This document shows, piece after piece, positions 1-11,400 of a DNA stretch of 64,000 bases (the stretch's first letter is position 1; the number at the start of each line of letters is the position of its first letter). A model generated the notes under the pieces. That model searched no databases and had not been told where the DNA came from. It saw only the letters and a program-made list of their open reading frames with translations. The position numbers and the translations under genes were made by a program. The stretch comes from Candidatus Latescibacterota bacterium (lineage in GTDB: Bacteria; Latescibacterota; UBA2968; UBA8231). Location of the stretch: contig CBDAOB010000004.1 in assembly GCA_965197905.1 (NCBI GenBank), forward strand, positions 2,089,175 to 2,153,174, written 5' to 3'.

Positions 1-1
1 G

Positions 2-412
2 ATATTTATTGCGTTGAGCCTCATAATACTCGTGGCCGCCTTCAATATCATGTCGATACTCGCCATGTCGATTCTGGCGAAAACGCCAGAGATCGGCATA
101 CTCAGGACCATGGGTTCGACCGCGTCCGGAATTCGCCGGATATTCGTATATCAGGGCATGGTGATCGGCTCCGCTGGGACAATCCTCGGGTGTCTGATCG
201 GGTTCGTTTTGTGCGTGTTGCAGCAGCGATTCAAGCTGATTTCCATTCCAGGGGACGTCTACATCATAAATTCGCTTCCGATTGATATGGAATCGTTGGA
301 TTTCGCCTTGGTATCCGCCGTGAGCCTCGGCATCTGTTGGTTGGTGTCCTCCTATTCAGCTCGAAAGGCTGCCGCGCTGATGCCCGTCGAGGCGATTCGC
401 TACATATTGTAG
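2..412 (+). CDS. Lipoprotein-releasing ABC permease LolC/LolE, C-terminal part (5' truncated by window edge)
   Basis: FtsX-type C-terminal motifs (LIILVAAFNI, EIGILRTMG, YIINSLP, AAALMPVEAIRY); frame open from base 2; directly upstream of lolD. Confidence 0.85.
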   Translation: MFIALSLIILVAAFNIMSILAMSILAKTPEIGILRTMGSTASGIRRIFVYQGMVIGSAGTILGCLIGFVLCVLQQRFKLISIPGDVYIINSLPIDMESLDFALVSAVSLGICWLVSSYSARKAAALMPVEAIRYIL

Positions 413-1105
413 ATGTGTTCGGGAATGACTGCTTCACCTGCATTGCAGGCGAGAGGAATTCAGAAGGTGTTTCGGTCGGGAGACGAGGAGCTCGTCGTTC
501 TCGAAGATGTGAATCTGGAGGTTTGTCGGGGAGAAGTATTGGCCATAACCGGGGCTTCGGGTGTGGGCAAGAGCACTTTGTTACATATCATGGGGACGCT
601 GGAGCGTCCGTCAGGTGGTGAGCTGGAGATCGATGGTCAACGAGTCTTTGAGCTTACCGAAACGGAAACGGCCCAATTTCGCAACCGCCACATCGGCTTC
701 GTATTTCAGTTTCACCACCTTTTGCCGGAATTCACGGCCCTTGAAAACGTTCTTCTTCCCGGAATGATTGCTGGAATCGATGTAGCCGAGCTGAGAAAGT
801 ACGCCACCGAACTGCTCGGTACCGTGGGGCTGCAGGATCGCATGGAGCATCGTCCGGGCGAGCTTTCGGGGGGCGAGTGTCAGCGAGTTGCCGTTGCCAG
901 GGCACTGGCCATGAAACCAAAGATCGTACTGGCCGATGAACCATCGGGCAACCTGGATACTGCCACTAGCGCGACGCTGCACGGAATGATTAAAGATCTC
1001 GCGAAAGCAGAAAATCAGACGTTTGTGATAATGACCCACGACCAGTCGCTTGCTTGCAGCGCAGATCGCGTCGGAAAACTCGAATATCGTTCGCTGCTTC
1101 TGTGA
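413..1105 (+). CDS. lolD: Lipoprotein-releasing ABC transporter ATP-binding protein
   Basis: Walker A GASGVGKS, LolD motif GFVFQFHHLL, LSGGE signature, LADEPSGNLD. Confidence 0.9.
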   Translation: MCSGMTASPALQARGIQKVFRSGDEELVVLEDVNLEVCRGEVLAITGASGVGKSTLLHIMGTLERPSGGELEIDGQRVFELTETETAQFRNRHIGFVFQFHHLLPEFTALENVLLPGMIAGIDVAELRKYATELLGTVGLQDRMEHRPGELSGGECQRVAVARALAMKPKIVLADEPSGNLDTATSATLHGMIKDLAKAENQTFVIMTHDQSLACSADRVGKLEYRSLLL

Positions 1106-1108
1106 GGA

Positions 1109-1648
1109 ATGTTGATCATGAAATGCGAACAATGTAACCAACACGAGGCAACTGTCGAGTTTACGCACATCGTCGAAAGCGAGAAGAGAACCAGCCGCCT
1201 GTGCAGTGCTTGTGCATCGCAGATCAAGGGTGCTGAGAGTGAAAGCCCCGCCGTCGAAACAAAGGTGAAAAAGGCAACCGCCAAAGCCTTGAAGGAAGAA
1301 GACTCATCTACAGCGGCGCGCTGTGGTGGTTGTGGAGCAACCTACGAGGACTTCAAGAAGTCGGGCAGATTGAGTTGCCCCGAGTGTTATATTGCTTTCC
1401 AACCACAGGTTGACCGACTCTTAAACCGTTTGCACGGCGCTGTGCAACATCGAGGCAAGAACAAAGCCTCGCCGCAAGATCTACCGGATCCGGGTGACGA
1501 ACTCGAAACGTTGCAGGCAGAGCTGGAAGCGGCCGTCGCGGAGGAGGCCTTCGAGCGAGCGGCAGAGCTTCGCGACCGGATCAAACAGGTCGAAACCGAG
1601 TTGGACGACGGCGGCCCAGATCAGGAAACCACAGAGCAACCAGTTTGA
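1109..1648 (+). CDS. mcsA: Protein-arginine kinase activator McsA
   Basis: Four CxxC motifs plus C-terminal UVR motif (EAFERAAELRDRIK); upstream of mcsB. Confidence 0.9.
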   Translation: MLIMKCEQCNQHEATVEFTHIVESEKRTSRLCSACASQIKGAESESPAVETKVKKATAKALKEEDSSTAARCGGCGATYEDFKKSGRLSCPECYIAFQPQVDRLLNRLHGAVQHRGKNKASPQDLPDPGDELETLQAELEAAVAEEAFERAAELRDRIKQVETELDDGGPDQETTEQPV

Positions 1649-1694
1649 GCGGTAGCACAGATTGTCCTAGCGTCATCGGATAGAGGTTTGCTCA

Positions 1695-2756
1695 ATGGAT
1701 CTCATCGAACTCTCACAGAATCTCGCAAGCTGGCTGCGTGGCACCGACGATGCCGACGGCATTGTCGTGAGTTGCCGCACGCGCCTGGCTCGGAACCTAA
1801 CGGCACAACCATTCGCCCAGCAAGCTAATGAGGAGAATGAGAGGGAGGTTATCGAACGGGTTTTGTCGGCTGCCCGGCGCATCGGAGCGATGCGAGACGC
1901 GGCATTCTTCAAAATGGACGCGCTCGATGCCAGCGATCGCCGCCTGTTGATGGAACGCCATTTGGTGAGTCCGGCGCTGGCCCAGAGCAAGGGTCAGCGC
2001 GGAGTGCTGTTTAATGCTGATGAGTCGCTGAGCGTTATGATCAATGAGGAAGATCACCTGAGACTGCAGGCGATTCTTCCGGGTCTGAGCTCGGAGAAGG
2101 CGTGGGGACTGATCAATTCTCTGGACGACCAATTGGGCGCCGGCCTCGATTTCGCATATTCGGAGAAATACGGGTATCTCACGGCCTGTCCCACGAATAC
2201 CGGCACCGGACTACGGGTATCGGCTCTCATGCATCTGCCTGCGCTGGTGTTGACGGAGGACATCGAGCGAGTTCTGCGCGGGTTGACGCAAATGTCGTTC
2301 ACTGCCCGCGGTGTTTACGGTGAAGGCACGAACGCTGTCGGCAACCTGTTTCAGATCTCGAATCAGGGTACGTTGGGACACAAAGAGGAAGAATTAGTCG
2401 AAAATTTATCGACATTGGCAGAGAGATTGGTCGAGTACGAGCGCGACGCTCAAGAGACCCTCCGCAAAGAAGCAAGCGACCAGGTCGAAGACAAAATCTG
2501 GCGGGCCTATGGCATTCTCAGCAACTCCCGTGTATTGAGCAGCCAGGAATTCATGAACTTGCTTTCGGCGGTGCGGCTTGGCTACAGTCTTTCAATGATG
2601 CCGCGCGTTACCTCAGCCTTTTTGAATCAGTTGATGATCATCACCCAACCTTCACATTTGCAGGCAGAGGCAGGGCGAAAATTGAAACCGGATGAACGCG
2701 ATGTAATCAGGGCCTCTCTCGTGCGTCGGCGCCTCCGTGATCATCTGGCAACGTGA
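1695..2756 (+). CDS. mcsB: Protein arginine kinase McsB
   Basis: Guanido-phosphotransferase motifs SCRTRLARN, INEEDHLR, GYLTACPTNTGTGLR, FQISNQ. Confidence 0.92.
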   Translation: MDLIELSQNLASWLRGTDDADGIVVSCRTRLARNLTAQPFAQQANEENEREVIERVLSAARRIGAMRDAAFFKMDALDASDRRLLMERHLVSPALAQSKGQRGVLFNADESLSVMINEEDHLRLQAILPGLSSEKAWGLINSLDDQLGAGLDFAYSEKYGYLTACPTNTGTGLRVSALMHLPALVLTEDIERVLRGLTQMSFTARGVYGEGTNAVGNLFQISNQGTLGHKEEELVENLSTLAERLVEYERDAQETLRKEASDQVEDKIWRAYGILSNSRVLSSQEFMNLLSAVRLGYSLSMMPRVTSAFLNQLMIITQPSHLQAEAGRKLKPDERDVIRASLVRRRLRDHLAT

Positions 2757-2767
2757 CGCAGACGTTC

Positions 2768-2796
2768 TTGACAAGAGTACCCGTTTTTGGTAGTTT
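2768..2796 (+). promoter_or_regulatory. Putative sigma70 promoter of clpC
   Basis: TTGACA (2768-2773), 17-nt spacer, TGn-TAGTTT (2791-2796). Confidence 0.6.
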
Positions 2797-2924
2797 CAAA
2801 ACCGAGCTAAAAGTGCCGTTTGGTGTTATTTTTGTTGAGTTTAGTATCAATAGGAAACTGGCGCTATCTCGGTGATTTAGCCGGTTAGATAGTGATGAAC
2901 GGACCGCCCAGGAGGGCATCTAGA

Positions 2925-5390
2925 ATGAACAACATGTTTACCGATGGCGTGAAGCGTGTCATGCAGTTGGCGCGCGAGGAATCGGCGCGTCTTGGCCATA
3001 ACTACATCGGGACGGAACACCTGCTCCTGGGGATCATCAAGGACGGCAAGGGGAAAGCCGTCACGATTTTGACCAATCTGGGATTGAACCTGGAAACCGT
3101 CAAAAGCAGCGTCGAAGATTACGTGGCCACTTCTGGTGGCACTATGACGATCGGGGAAGTGCCATTCACTCCACGCGCAAAACAGATCCTCGAAGTGGCG
3201 GCTAACGAGGCCAAAGAGATGAAAACCCAGTTCGTGGACGTCGAGCACCTGCTGCTGGCGTTGCTCAAGGACAAGGAAGGGGTCGCAGCTCAAATCCTTG
3301 CTGCTTTTGGCGTTGACTATAAAACCGCCAGCGAAGAAACACTGGCTGTCTTGGAAGGAAAAACTACCGGGCGGAAGGAGAAGGGAAAGAAAAGCAAAAC
3401 ACCTTTTCTCGATCACTTTGGGCGCGATCTAACGCAGCTTGCGAGGGAAGGAAAATTAGATCCAGTAATTGGTCGTCTCAAGGAGATCGAACGCGTAACT
3501 CAGATCCTGAGTCGCCGGAAGAAAAATAATCCGATCCTGATTGGTGATCCGGGGGTTGGGAAGACAGCGATCGTAGAAGGCCTCGCCCAGCGGATCATCG
3601 AAAAACGCGTGCCGCAAATTTTGCTCGATCGCCGATTGGTAACGCTCGATATGGGTGGTGTAGTGGCCGGTACGAAATATCGCGGTCAGTTCGAAGAACG
3701 TATCAAGGCGGTGATGAACGAGCTGCAGCAGAACGCCGACGTAATCATTTTCATCGATGAGTTGCACACCATCGTTGGCGCCGGGAGCGCTGAGGGCACG
3801 CTGGACGCCTCAAATATGTTCAAGCCGGCGTTGGCGCGGGGCGAACTGCAGTGCATCGGCGCAACGACTCTCGATGAGTACCGCAAGTACATTGAAAAGG
3901 ATGGCGCCTTGGAACGTCGGTTCCAGACCATCATGGTGGATCCGCCTTCGGCCGAGGACACGGTAAAGATCGTCCAGGGTTTGCGCAGCAGTTACGAAAG
4001 TCACCACCACGTCGAGTTCAGTGACGAGGTGGTCGAATACGCGGTGCGCCAGGCAGACCGTTACATCAGCGACCGGTATCTGCCGGATAAGGCGATCGAC
4101 GTAATCGATGAAACCGGCTCGCGAGTGCATCTTGCACGCCTCAGTCCACCGGAAGAGATCGGCAAACTAGAAGGCCAGATTCAGGAGATCAACGGCCGCA
4201 AGAACGAGTCGGTGGAAAAGCAAGATTTCGAGGAAGCCGCCCGCCTCCGCGACGAGGCGTTCGGTCTTGGAGAAAAACTGCAACAGAAGCGTCGGGCATG
4301 GGAGGAGCAGGTTCGCGACGAAGTGGTTCAGGTGAGCGAGGACGACATAGCCGAAGTTATATCCAGTATGACTGGCATTCCCATCGTGCGTCTCGCCAAG
4401 AGCGAGAGCGAGCGATTGTTGAACATGGAAGATGAGCTCAAGAAGGTCGTGATGAGTCAGAACGAGGCTATCGCGTCGATCTCCAGAGCCATTCGCCGCA
4501 GCCGAGCCGGGCTACAAGACCCGAAACGCCCCATTGGGTCATTCATTTTCCTGGGGCCCACCGGAGTGGGAAAGACCTATTTGGCGCATAAGTTGGCCGA
4601 ATTCCTGTTCGACGACGAGGAGGCACTCGTCACCGTGGATATGTCCGAATACATGGAAAAGTTCTCCGTATCCAGGCTCATAGGAGCACCTCCTGGTTAT
4701 GTAGGGTTTGACGAGGGTGGTCAGCTTACCGAAAAGGTGAGGCGTCGGCCTTACTCAGTCGTCTTGCTAGACGAAATCGAAAAAGCCCATCCCGACGTGT
4801 TCAATATCTTGCTGCAGATTCTCGACGAGGGACGCTTGACGGACAGCACCGGACGCAAGGTAGATTTCCGTAATACAGTGATGATCATGACTTCCAACAT
4901 AGGTACCCGGGAAGTCGGAACGGGTGGAGTTCTCGGTTTCCAAAAAGCCGACGGCGAGGCGATGCAGGAACTGATGCAGTCGAAGATCAACGACGAAATG
5001 AAAAAGGCATTCAATCCAGAGTTCCTGAATCGAGTCGACGATTCCATCATTTTCAGAGCTCTCACCAGAGAAGATATTGCGAAAATCATCGACGTTGAGT
5101 TGATCAAATTCAAAGAACGCCTTTCCTTCCGCGACATTAAGGTTCGCATCACCCCCTCAGCAAAGAGTCTGTTGGCCGAGAAGGGGTTCGATCAAACCTT
5201 TGGTGCCAGATACCTGAAGCGGACCCTCCAGAAACTCTTGGAAGACACGCTGGCTGAAGAGATTCTCCAAGGAACCTTCGGAGAGGGTAGTTACATTCGG
5301 GTCACTAAGAAGGGGGAAGACCTGGTGTTCTCCGACGAAGGTGAGGGGAGCGACCAGACGGAAAGCAAAAAAAAGGAAACCGCCGGCTGA
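2925..5390 (+). CDS. clpC: ATP-dependent Clp protease ATPase ClpC
   Basis: Clp_N repeats (GTEHLLLG), two AAA+ modules ([16 protein letters not shown]), UVR middle domain, LGF ClpP loop; GGAGG SD before ATG 2925. Confidence 0.95.
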   Translation: MNNMFTDGVKRVMQLAREESARLGHNYIGTEHLLLGIIKDGKGKAVTILTNLGLNLETVKSSVEDYVATSGGTMTIGEVPFTPRAKQILEVAANEAKEMKTQFVDVEHLLLALLKDKEGVAAQILAAFGVDYKTASEETLAVLEGKTTGRKEKGKKSKTPFLDHFGRDLTQLAREGKLDPVIGRLKEIERVTQILSRRKKNNPILIGDPGVGKTAIVEGLAQRIIEKRVPQILLDRRLVTLDMGGVVAGTKYRGQFEERIKAVMNELQQNADVIIFIDELHTIVGAGSAEGTLDASNMFKPALARGELQCIGATTLDEYRKYIEKDGALERRFQTIMVDPPSAEDTVKIVQGLRSSYESHHHVEFSDEVVEYAVRQADRYISDRYLPDKAIDVIDETGSRVHLARLSPPEEIGKLEGQIQEINGRKNESVEKQDFEEAARLRDEAFGLGEKLQQKRRAWEEQVRDEVVQVSEDDIAEVISSMTGIPIVRLAKSESERLLNMEDELKKVVMSQNEAIASISRAIRRSRAGLQDPKRPIGSFIFLGPTGVGKTYLAHKLAEFLFDDEEALVTVDMSEYMEKFSVSRLIGAPPGYVGFDEGGQLTEKVRRRPYSVVLLDEIEKAHPDVFNILLQILDEGRLTDSTGRKVDFRNTVMIMTSNIGTREVGTGGVLGFQKADGEAMQELMQSKINDEMKKAFNPEFLNRVDDSIIFRALTREDIAKIIDVELIKFKERLSFRDIKVRITPSAKSLLAEKGFDQTFGARYLKRTLQKLLEDTLAEEILQGTFGEGSYIRVTKKGEDLVFSDEGEGSDQTESKKKETAG

Positions 5391-5498
5391 CTTCGAAGGT
5401 CTAATTGGTCACGCCTTGATCAGGCAACGTAGGAAAACAGCCGCTTTGCATTAGGTAAAGCGGCTGTTTGAGTGGGAGTCCTTTCCTAGAATTCCAAC

Positions 5499-7784
5499 AT
5501 GAATACAACCCAAAAACTGACAGGTACCGTTGTCCTGGCGGTACTTATCGCGGTCCCGTGCCATGCTCAGAAGGTGGTTGAGGTCGAGATCGAGGGGGAA
5601 CTCAACAAGGTCGCCAAGTCGCTCATTTTGTCGACGATCGGGCTCGCGCCCGGAGTTGAACTCTCTCAAGAGAACGTTCAAGCAGCCGTACGCGACCTCC
5701 AGGGATTGGGCGTCTTCGAAGATATACAGATATGGGGCGAACGCGTGGCGGGTGGCATCAAGGTTATCGTGGTTGTCGAAGAATATCCCACCTTGGAAGA
5801 CGTTCGATTCAAAGGCAACAAGCACGTCAAGGAAAAGGATATGGAAGAGAGCCTGGCATTTGTGACGGGTCAGGTGATCGCCCCGAAGGACATTGCGCGG
5901 GGCAAACAAAAGATAATCGATCTGTACCAGGACAAGGGTTATCTCCGGGCTGAGGTGGACGGCAAGTTGTTTGATTCCGAAACCGAAGGCAAAGTGTACC
6001 TGCAGTACAACGTCGTCGAAGGCGAAAAGGTTAAAATCCGGCGCATTCGAATCCTCAACGCCGAGGCTGTTTCCGAGGGAAAAGTCAAGAAGCAGATGGA
6101 AACAAAGGAGAAGAAGTGGTGGAGAAAGGGCGAGTACAAGGCGGACACCTATCGCGAGGACAAGGACAAAATCCTCGCCTTCTACAAAAGCAAAGGGTAT
6201 TACCAGGCCGACATCCTCAGAGACAGCATTTATTACGACGAAACGCGACAGAACCTGTTTATTGATATCCAGGTGGAAGAAGGTCAGAAGTACCGCATGG
6301 GTGCCATCTCCTGGGATGGCAACGCCCTGTTTGAGAGCGATTTCCTGGCCGAAAGGCTGCCCATTGATGAAGGCGACGTCTACAAATTCAGCGGTCTGGA
6401 ACTGACGCATCTGGTTCGCACGGCCTATCTCGACAAAGGTTATCTGGACACCGAGGTCATTCCCCAGGAAACGTTGCGTAGCGACTCGGTTGACGTCGCG
6501 TTCAAGATTTTCGAAGGCGAGCCCTGGAAAATTCGACGGATCAACATCAAAGGAAATACCAAAACTAGAGAGAAGGTCATCCGCAGGGAGCTGGAATTGA
6601 GGCCGGGTGATATCTATCAGCAGGAGTTGGTGCAGGAGAGCCAACGTCGCGTTTACATGCTGAACTTCTTCAAGAACGTGGAGATCGAACCGGAATTCGG
6701 GTCCACCGACTCCGACAGGCTAGTCGACCTGAATTTTCAGGTCGAGGAGCAACCGACCGGTCAAGCTTCGATGGGCGCTGGTTATAGCCAACGCGACAAG
6801 CTGGTCGGGCAAATAGGTCTGCGGATTCCCAACTTCCGCGGCATGGGTCAAAATCTCGACTTCAGCTGGGAATTCGGCACCAGGCGCAAGCAGTTTTTGG
6901 TTGGTTTTACCGAGCCCTGGTTGTTCGATACTCCCACAAGCCTTTCGGTCCGGGCTTTTCTGCTGAATCAACAGTATTTCAATCTGTATGACCGCCAGTC
7001 AAAGTCAGTGAACGTGCGGATAGGCCGGCGCCTGCAACGGCTTTCGTATTCAAGCCTATCCCTGGGATATCGGCTGCAGACCGACAGTTACAACGATTTC
7101 AGCAACAGCATCAACGAGAGCTTGCTTTCCAGCGGGCGCTATGAAACCCGCAGAACCAGTAGCTTCGAATTGACATATCAAAGGGATACCCGCGACCTTG
7201 CACAGTTCCCGACCAAGGGAACCCTTTTCAGCTTTCGACCCGAGATCGCGACCTCGTTTACCGGAGGCGAGGTCGATTTTCATAGCCACGAGGTGCGGTT
7301 CAACTACTATCGCCCCAGCTGGTGGAAGTTTATTCTGAGCGTCGAGACCAAGATGTCAGTCATCGACGGATTTTCCAAGTGGGACGACGAACATTTATCC
7401 TTCTTCGACCTCTTTACGCCGGGAGGCATCGACTGGTGGGACGGCGTCGTCCGCGGCTACCCAGATCGATCGCTGGGCCCCCGCTCCAGCGGAATTCCAC
7501 TCGGTGGCCGCTCCATGATCGTCTTGAATCTTGAATATCGCTTCCCGGTAGCGGAGAATCAGGTATTCGGCCTACTTTTCGCGGATGGAGGCAACGCGTG
7601 GAAAGATTTGGCAAGCATGAGTCCGCTGGACTTGCGACGATCGGTAGGATTCGGATTTCGTATCATGACACCGATGCTGGGCATGATCGGGTTCGACTTC
7701 GGATATGGATTTGACCGCCGGAAGGTCGACACCAATCCGGCTGGATGGAACACCCACTTTCAGTTCGGACCGCAGTTCTTCTAA
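5499..7784 (+). CDS. bamA: Outer membrane protein assembly factor BamA
   Basis: Signal peptide, POTRA repeats (GNTKTREKVIRRE), VRGY lid motif, C-terminal Phe. Confidence 0.93.
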   Translation: MNTTQKLTGTVVLAVLIAVPCHAQKVVEVEIEGELNKVAKSLILSTIGLAPGVELSQENVQAAVRDLQGLGVFEDIQIWGERVAGGIKVIVVVEEYPTLEDVRFKGNKHVKEKDMEESLAFVTGQVIAPKDIARGKQKIIDLYQDKGYLRAEVDGKLFDSETEGKVYLQYNVVEGEKVKIRRIRILNAEAVSEGKVKKQMETKEKKWWRKGEYKADTYREDKDKILAFYKSKGYYQADILRDSIYYDETRQNLFIDIQVEEGQKYRMGAISWDGNALFESDFLAERLPIDEGDVYKFSGLELTHLVRTAYLDKGYLDTEVIPQETLRSDSVDVAFKIFEGEPWKIRRINIKGNTKTREKVIRRELELRPGDIYQQELVQESQRRVYMLNFFKNVEIEPEFGSTDSDRLVDLNFQVEEQPTGQASMGAGYSQRDKLVGQIGLRIPNFRGMGQNLDFSWEFGTRRKQFLVGFTEPWLFDTPTSLSVRAFLLNQQYFNLYDRQSKSVNVRIGRRLQRLSYSSLSLGYRLQTDSYNDFSNSINESLLSSGRYETRRTSSFELTYQRDTRDLAQFPTKGTLFSFRPEIATSFTGGEVDFHSHEVRFNYYRPSWWKFILSVETKMSVIDGFSKWDDEHLSFFDLFTPGGIDWWDGVVRGYPDRSLGPRSSGIPLGGRSMIVLNLEYRFPVAENQVFGLLFADGGNAWKDLASMSPLDLRRSVGFGFRIMTPMLGMIGFDFGYGFDRRKVDTNPAGWNTHFQFGPQFF

Positions 7785-7884
7785 GCGCTTCCTCTCTCTT
7801 TTCTCGCCCGCCGAAGCCATCGACCCGCACGTTCAACCTCTTCTCAAATCGCTAGCGTAGTACCATCATCCAAGAGGGAATCTC

Positions 7885-8430
7885 ATGAAACCGTTTCGCG
7901 TTGTTGCGTTCGTGTTGGCCAGTCTGGGGTCAGCGGTATCTTATGCCGATGTTAAGCTGGGATATATAGATTCAGATATCGTGAAGGATCGTTTGCCCGA
8001 GTTTCGAGAAGCTCAACGCAAGCTGGACCAGCTGCGTCAGGACTACGAAAGGGAAGCTGGTGATCGGCAGGGAAAACTGCTAAAGCTGCAAGAGGACTTT
8101 CGGAAACAGGAGCTGCTGATGAGCGAAGCTCGACGGCAGGAGCTGCAGGATGAATTTGACGCCAAGGTGCAGCAGCTGCAGGGCTTCAACGTGCAAAAGT
8201 TTGGCCCGGAGGGCGAGTTGGTCCGCAAGAACGTGGAACTCTCAGGTCCTATTTTTAAACAAATCAACGATGCGCTTCAGGCGATCGGCCGAGAAGACAG
8301 TTACGACTTCATTTTCGACGTCGCCGGCAATAGTTCCATCATCTTCGTGGCGGAAGACAAATACAACCTGACCGAAGATGTGCTTAAACGGCTGGATGAG
8401 GAGCGGGAGGAACGCGAAAAGGGCAGATAG
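7885..8430 (+). CDS. skp: Periplasmic chaperone Skp/OmpH
   Basis: Signal peptide, KLGYID, coiled coil, YDFIFD...YNLT; follows bamA. Confidence 0.88.
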   Translation: MKPFRVVAFVLASLGSAVSYADVKLGYIDSDIVKDRLPEFREAQRKLDQLRQDYEREAGDRQGKLLKLQEDFRKQELLMSEARRQELQDEFDAKVQQLQGFNVQKFGPEGELVRKNVELSGPIFKQINDALQAIGREDSYDFIFDVAGNSSIIFVAEDKYNLTEDVLKRLDEEREEREKGR

Positions 8431-8461
8431 CGAACCCCTCGCAGCGACACTACTCCAGCCG

Positions 8462-11400
8462 TTACTTCAACAATGTCATTTTTCGCACCTGCGTGAAATC
8501 GCCGGCTTGCAGGCGATACAAGTACAACCCGCTACCCACCATTCTACCGTTGTCATCGCGACCATCCCACGTCCTTGTATGATACCCCGCCTTGTGGTTC
8601 GAATCGGACACCAGAACACGGATCTTCTGGCCCAGGACGTCATACACGCTAAGCAGGACGGGGGCGGCAACCGGAAGCGCGTATTGGATCGAGGTAGAGG
8701 GGTTGAACGGGTTCGGAAAATTCGTCTCGAGCGAGAACGAGCTGGGAAGAATAGTCGTCGAGCCGAGGTCTGTTACCCTCCTTGCGGATTCGCCCGCGCT
8801 TCCAAGAAAGGTCTCCGTGACTGCAACCACTGCGTCCCCGGGCACACCGTTCAGCCGGAAACGCAATTCCGCCAGCGTGCCATGGCCCGACACGGAAGCA
8901 CCCGATGTCAGGGCGTTGCCAAAAACCACCTGGCCGGGCTCGCGAGAAAACACGGTGAAAAGATCGGCGCGCGCGCCGTTTACCTCCAATACATGCCCAG
9001 GGCCCTCGCTGGCTTCGGAGAATTCCATTTGGTCCGGGTCGTACTCAACGACCACACCGAAGGCGTGAATCCGATCGGCATTGTCGATGCGAATGCGGAC
9101 GGTGGCGATCCGATTCGAACCAAGCCCATTTCCAACGGCCGTGAGCGAGACGAAAGCTTCGCTGTCCTCGCGTGTGCTGGACCCCCATGATTTGCTAGTA
9201 ATGGAGTTCCCGAAATTGTCGACGAACACGAAGAAGTCGTCGAACGTGATGCCACCCGAACTATCCAGATCGAATTTGGAATCGAAATCCGGGCTCGACG
9301 TTGTCTCCCCGAAGTGGTCCACAAACAAGAAGAAGTCGTCGAAGTTAACGGTGTTGTTGCCGTCGAAATCTCCCGTCAAAGTGGCCGGCGCCTCGACCAG
9401 AAACTCATCCGCTGCCGAAAACTCACCAACCAACTCCCCCTCCTCCGCGCGCACACGCCAGTAGTAGGTAGTACCTTCTTCGAGGTCGCGGTCGATGGTC
9501 CATGCGGTGAATCCAGACCCCTGATCGCCAACCCCCGCCTGCAACCCCGAAGTGGATGCCGTTACGTTGCTGAAATCGGATATCGTCGACACCTGCAGGG
9601 TGTAGATGACTGTGGCTCCTTCGCTCACGGGCATCGAGTTATCAAACACCAGGACCGGCCGCAGGAAGTTGTCACCGGTTCGCGATAACTGGGCCGGCGC
9701 CGATGGAGCCGCCAGTGCTGTCGGCGTCACGGTTACCGTGGAGCTCGGATCGCTTTGATTTGGGGAGCTGGCCCGGTCGATGGCTGTTATTTGATAGTCA
9801 TACGCGGTTCCGTTCACCAACCCCAGATCGGTGTAGGACGATTGCTCAACGCGGCTGGCGATTTCCGCAAACGCATCAGACCCTGTGCGGCGGAAAACAT
9901 TGTAGCCGGCAAGATCAGCTTCCGTGTTGGCATCCCAATTCAGAATGATCTGCGATGAGCCGGCGGTTCCAGCCAAGTTAGCTGGAGCGGCCGGCGCCTG
10001 AGTGTCGGCTTCTGACAGGGTTGCAAAACCAACTGAGAAGGTGCTGTCGGCCTGGTTGCTGGCGCGATCCACTGATCCGACCTTGTAGAAATAAGTGGTA
10101 CCGGGCAGGAGGTTGGTGAGCGTAATCTCGTGCTCGGTCACATCCTTGGTGTCGCCAATATTAACATCCAGCAGGTTCACGTCGGTCCCGAACTCCACGA
10201 AACTGTCGCCCAGCTCATCCGTATCCCATGTCACGATCGCGCTGGAGTCGGCAGCGGTTACGACGACATTGGAGATGGCCGGCGCCGTGAGATCCTGCTC
10301 CGCATCGGTACTGAAGGTCAGAACGGCACTCTCCGTGGGGCCGTTGCTGCTCAGATCCAACGACGAAACCTTGTAGAAATAGGTGGTCGCAGCGTCGAGA
10401 TTGGTGAGCGTAATCTCGTGCAGGTCGTCGGTTGTCGATAGCGTGCGAATGAATCCCAAGTCCTGGGAGGTACCGAACTCTACTTCCCCGGTGGCCTCCT
10501 CGTCAGTTGTCCATGAATGGTAGCGCTGGCATCGTTCCTTATACACCACCTCAGGTGCGACGGTTATCTCGGGAGCGACAAGATCCAAGTCGGGGTTGGT
10601 GGTAAATACACCCTGTGTGCTTTCCGTGGCTCCGTTGCCTGTGGCATCCGTAGACCCCACGATATAGTTGTAGGTCGTGCCGGCGGAAAGATTGCTCAGC
10701 GTCAGCTTGTGGCTCACTTCGTTGTCGCCGGAGGTCTCTTCATCGTCCAAACTTGCCGTGCCGAATTGTATCTCGCTGTCAGCGGGTTCGTCTGTGGTCC
10801 ACTCGATAACCGCCGTATCGTGGGTTTTAGCAGATATGGTTGGACCCGACAGGATGACGGGGAACTGGGTATCGGCATCACTGTTGGTCACGAAACTGCC
10901 CGATCCCCCCGGGGGTTGTTGTATTCTTGCCACCTTGGCAGAGGTCGTCACGTTGGGGTCGAAGGTCACTGTCTTTAGGTTCGCGGCCGTCGACTCTAGA
11001 CGATATCCGTAAGTCGTGTTCGGCTCGAGACCGGTAATCGTGACCACATGTTTCTGCCCGAAACGTGGTCGGCCGTTGGGCGCGAAATCGATGCGCTCAA
11101 ACTCGTCCGCCGTGCCCAAGGTGCCGTTATCGCCGAGGGTGCCGAAGAAAACCGTGCCCGAGGTCTCCACATCGGTGGCCCAGCGGAATATGGCCACCTT
11201 ATCGCGCGCCAAAACCTGTGGCCCTTCCGTGATCTCCGGCGGGAGAGTATCCCCTTCGGCAGAGGTGGTGAATTTCAGATCCCGACTCCACCGCCGATTA
11301 CCCCGCGGATCGGAGGTGATCGTATCGCCGTCGGAAACGGCGGTCAATCGGTAGCGGTACACCGTCTGCGGTTCTAGGCTGGTGAGGGTCAGGGTTTGCC

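Noticed and set aside
5451..6644. Long antisense ORFs over bamA (similarly 29128-30222 and 33226-34257)
   Set aside because: Antisense shadows caused by codon bias; no motifs
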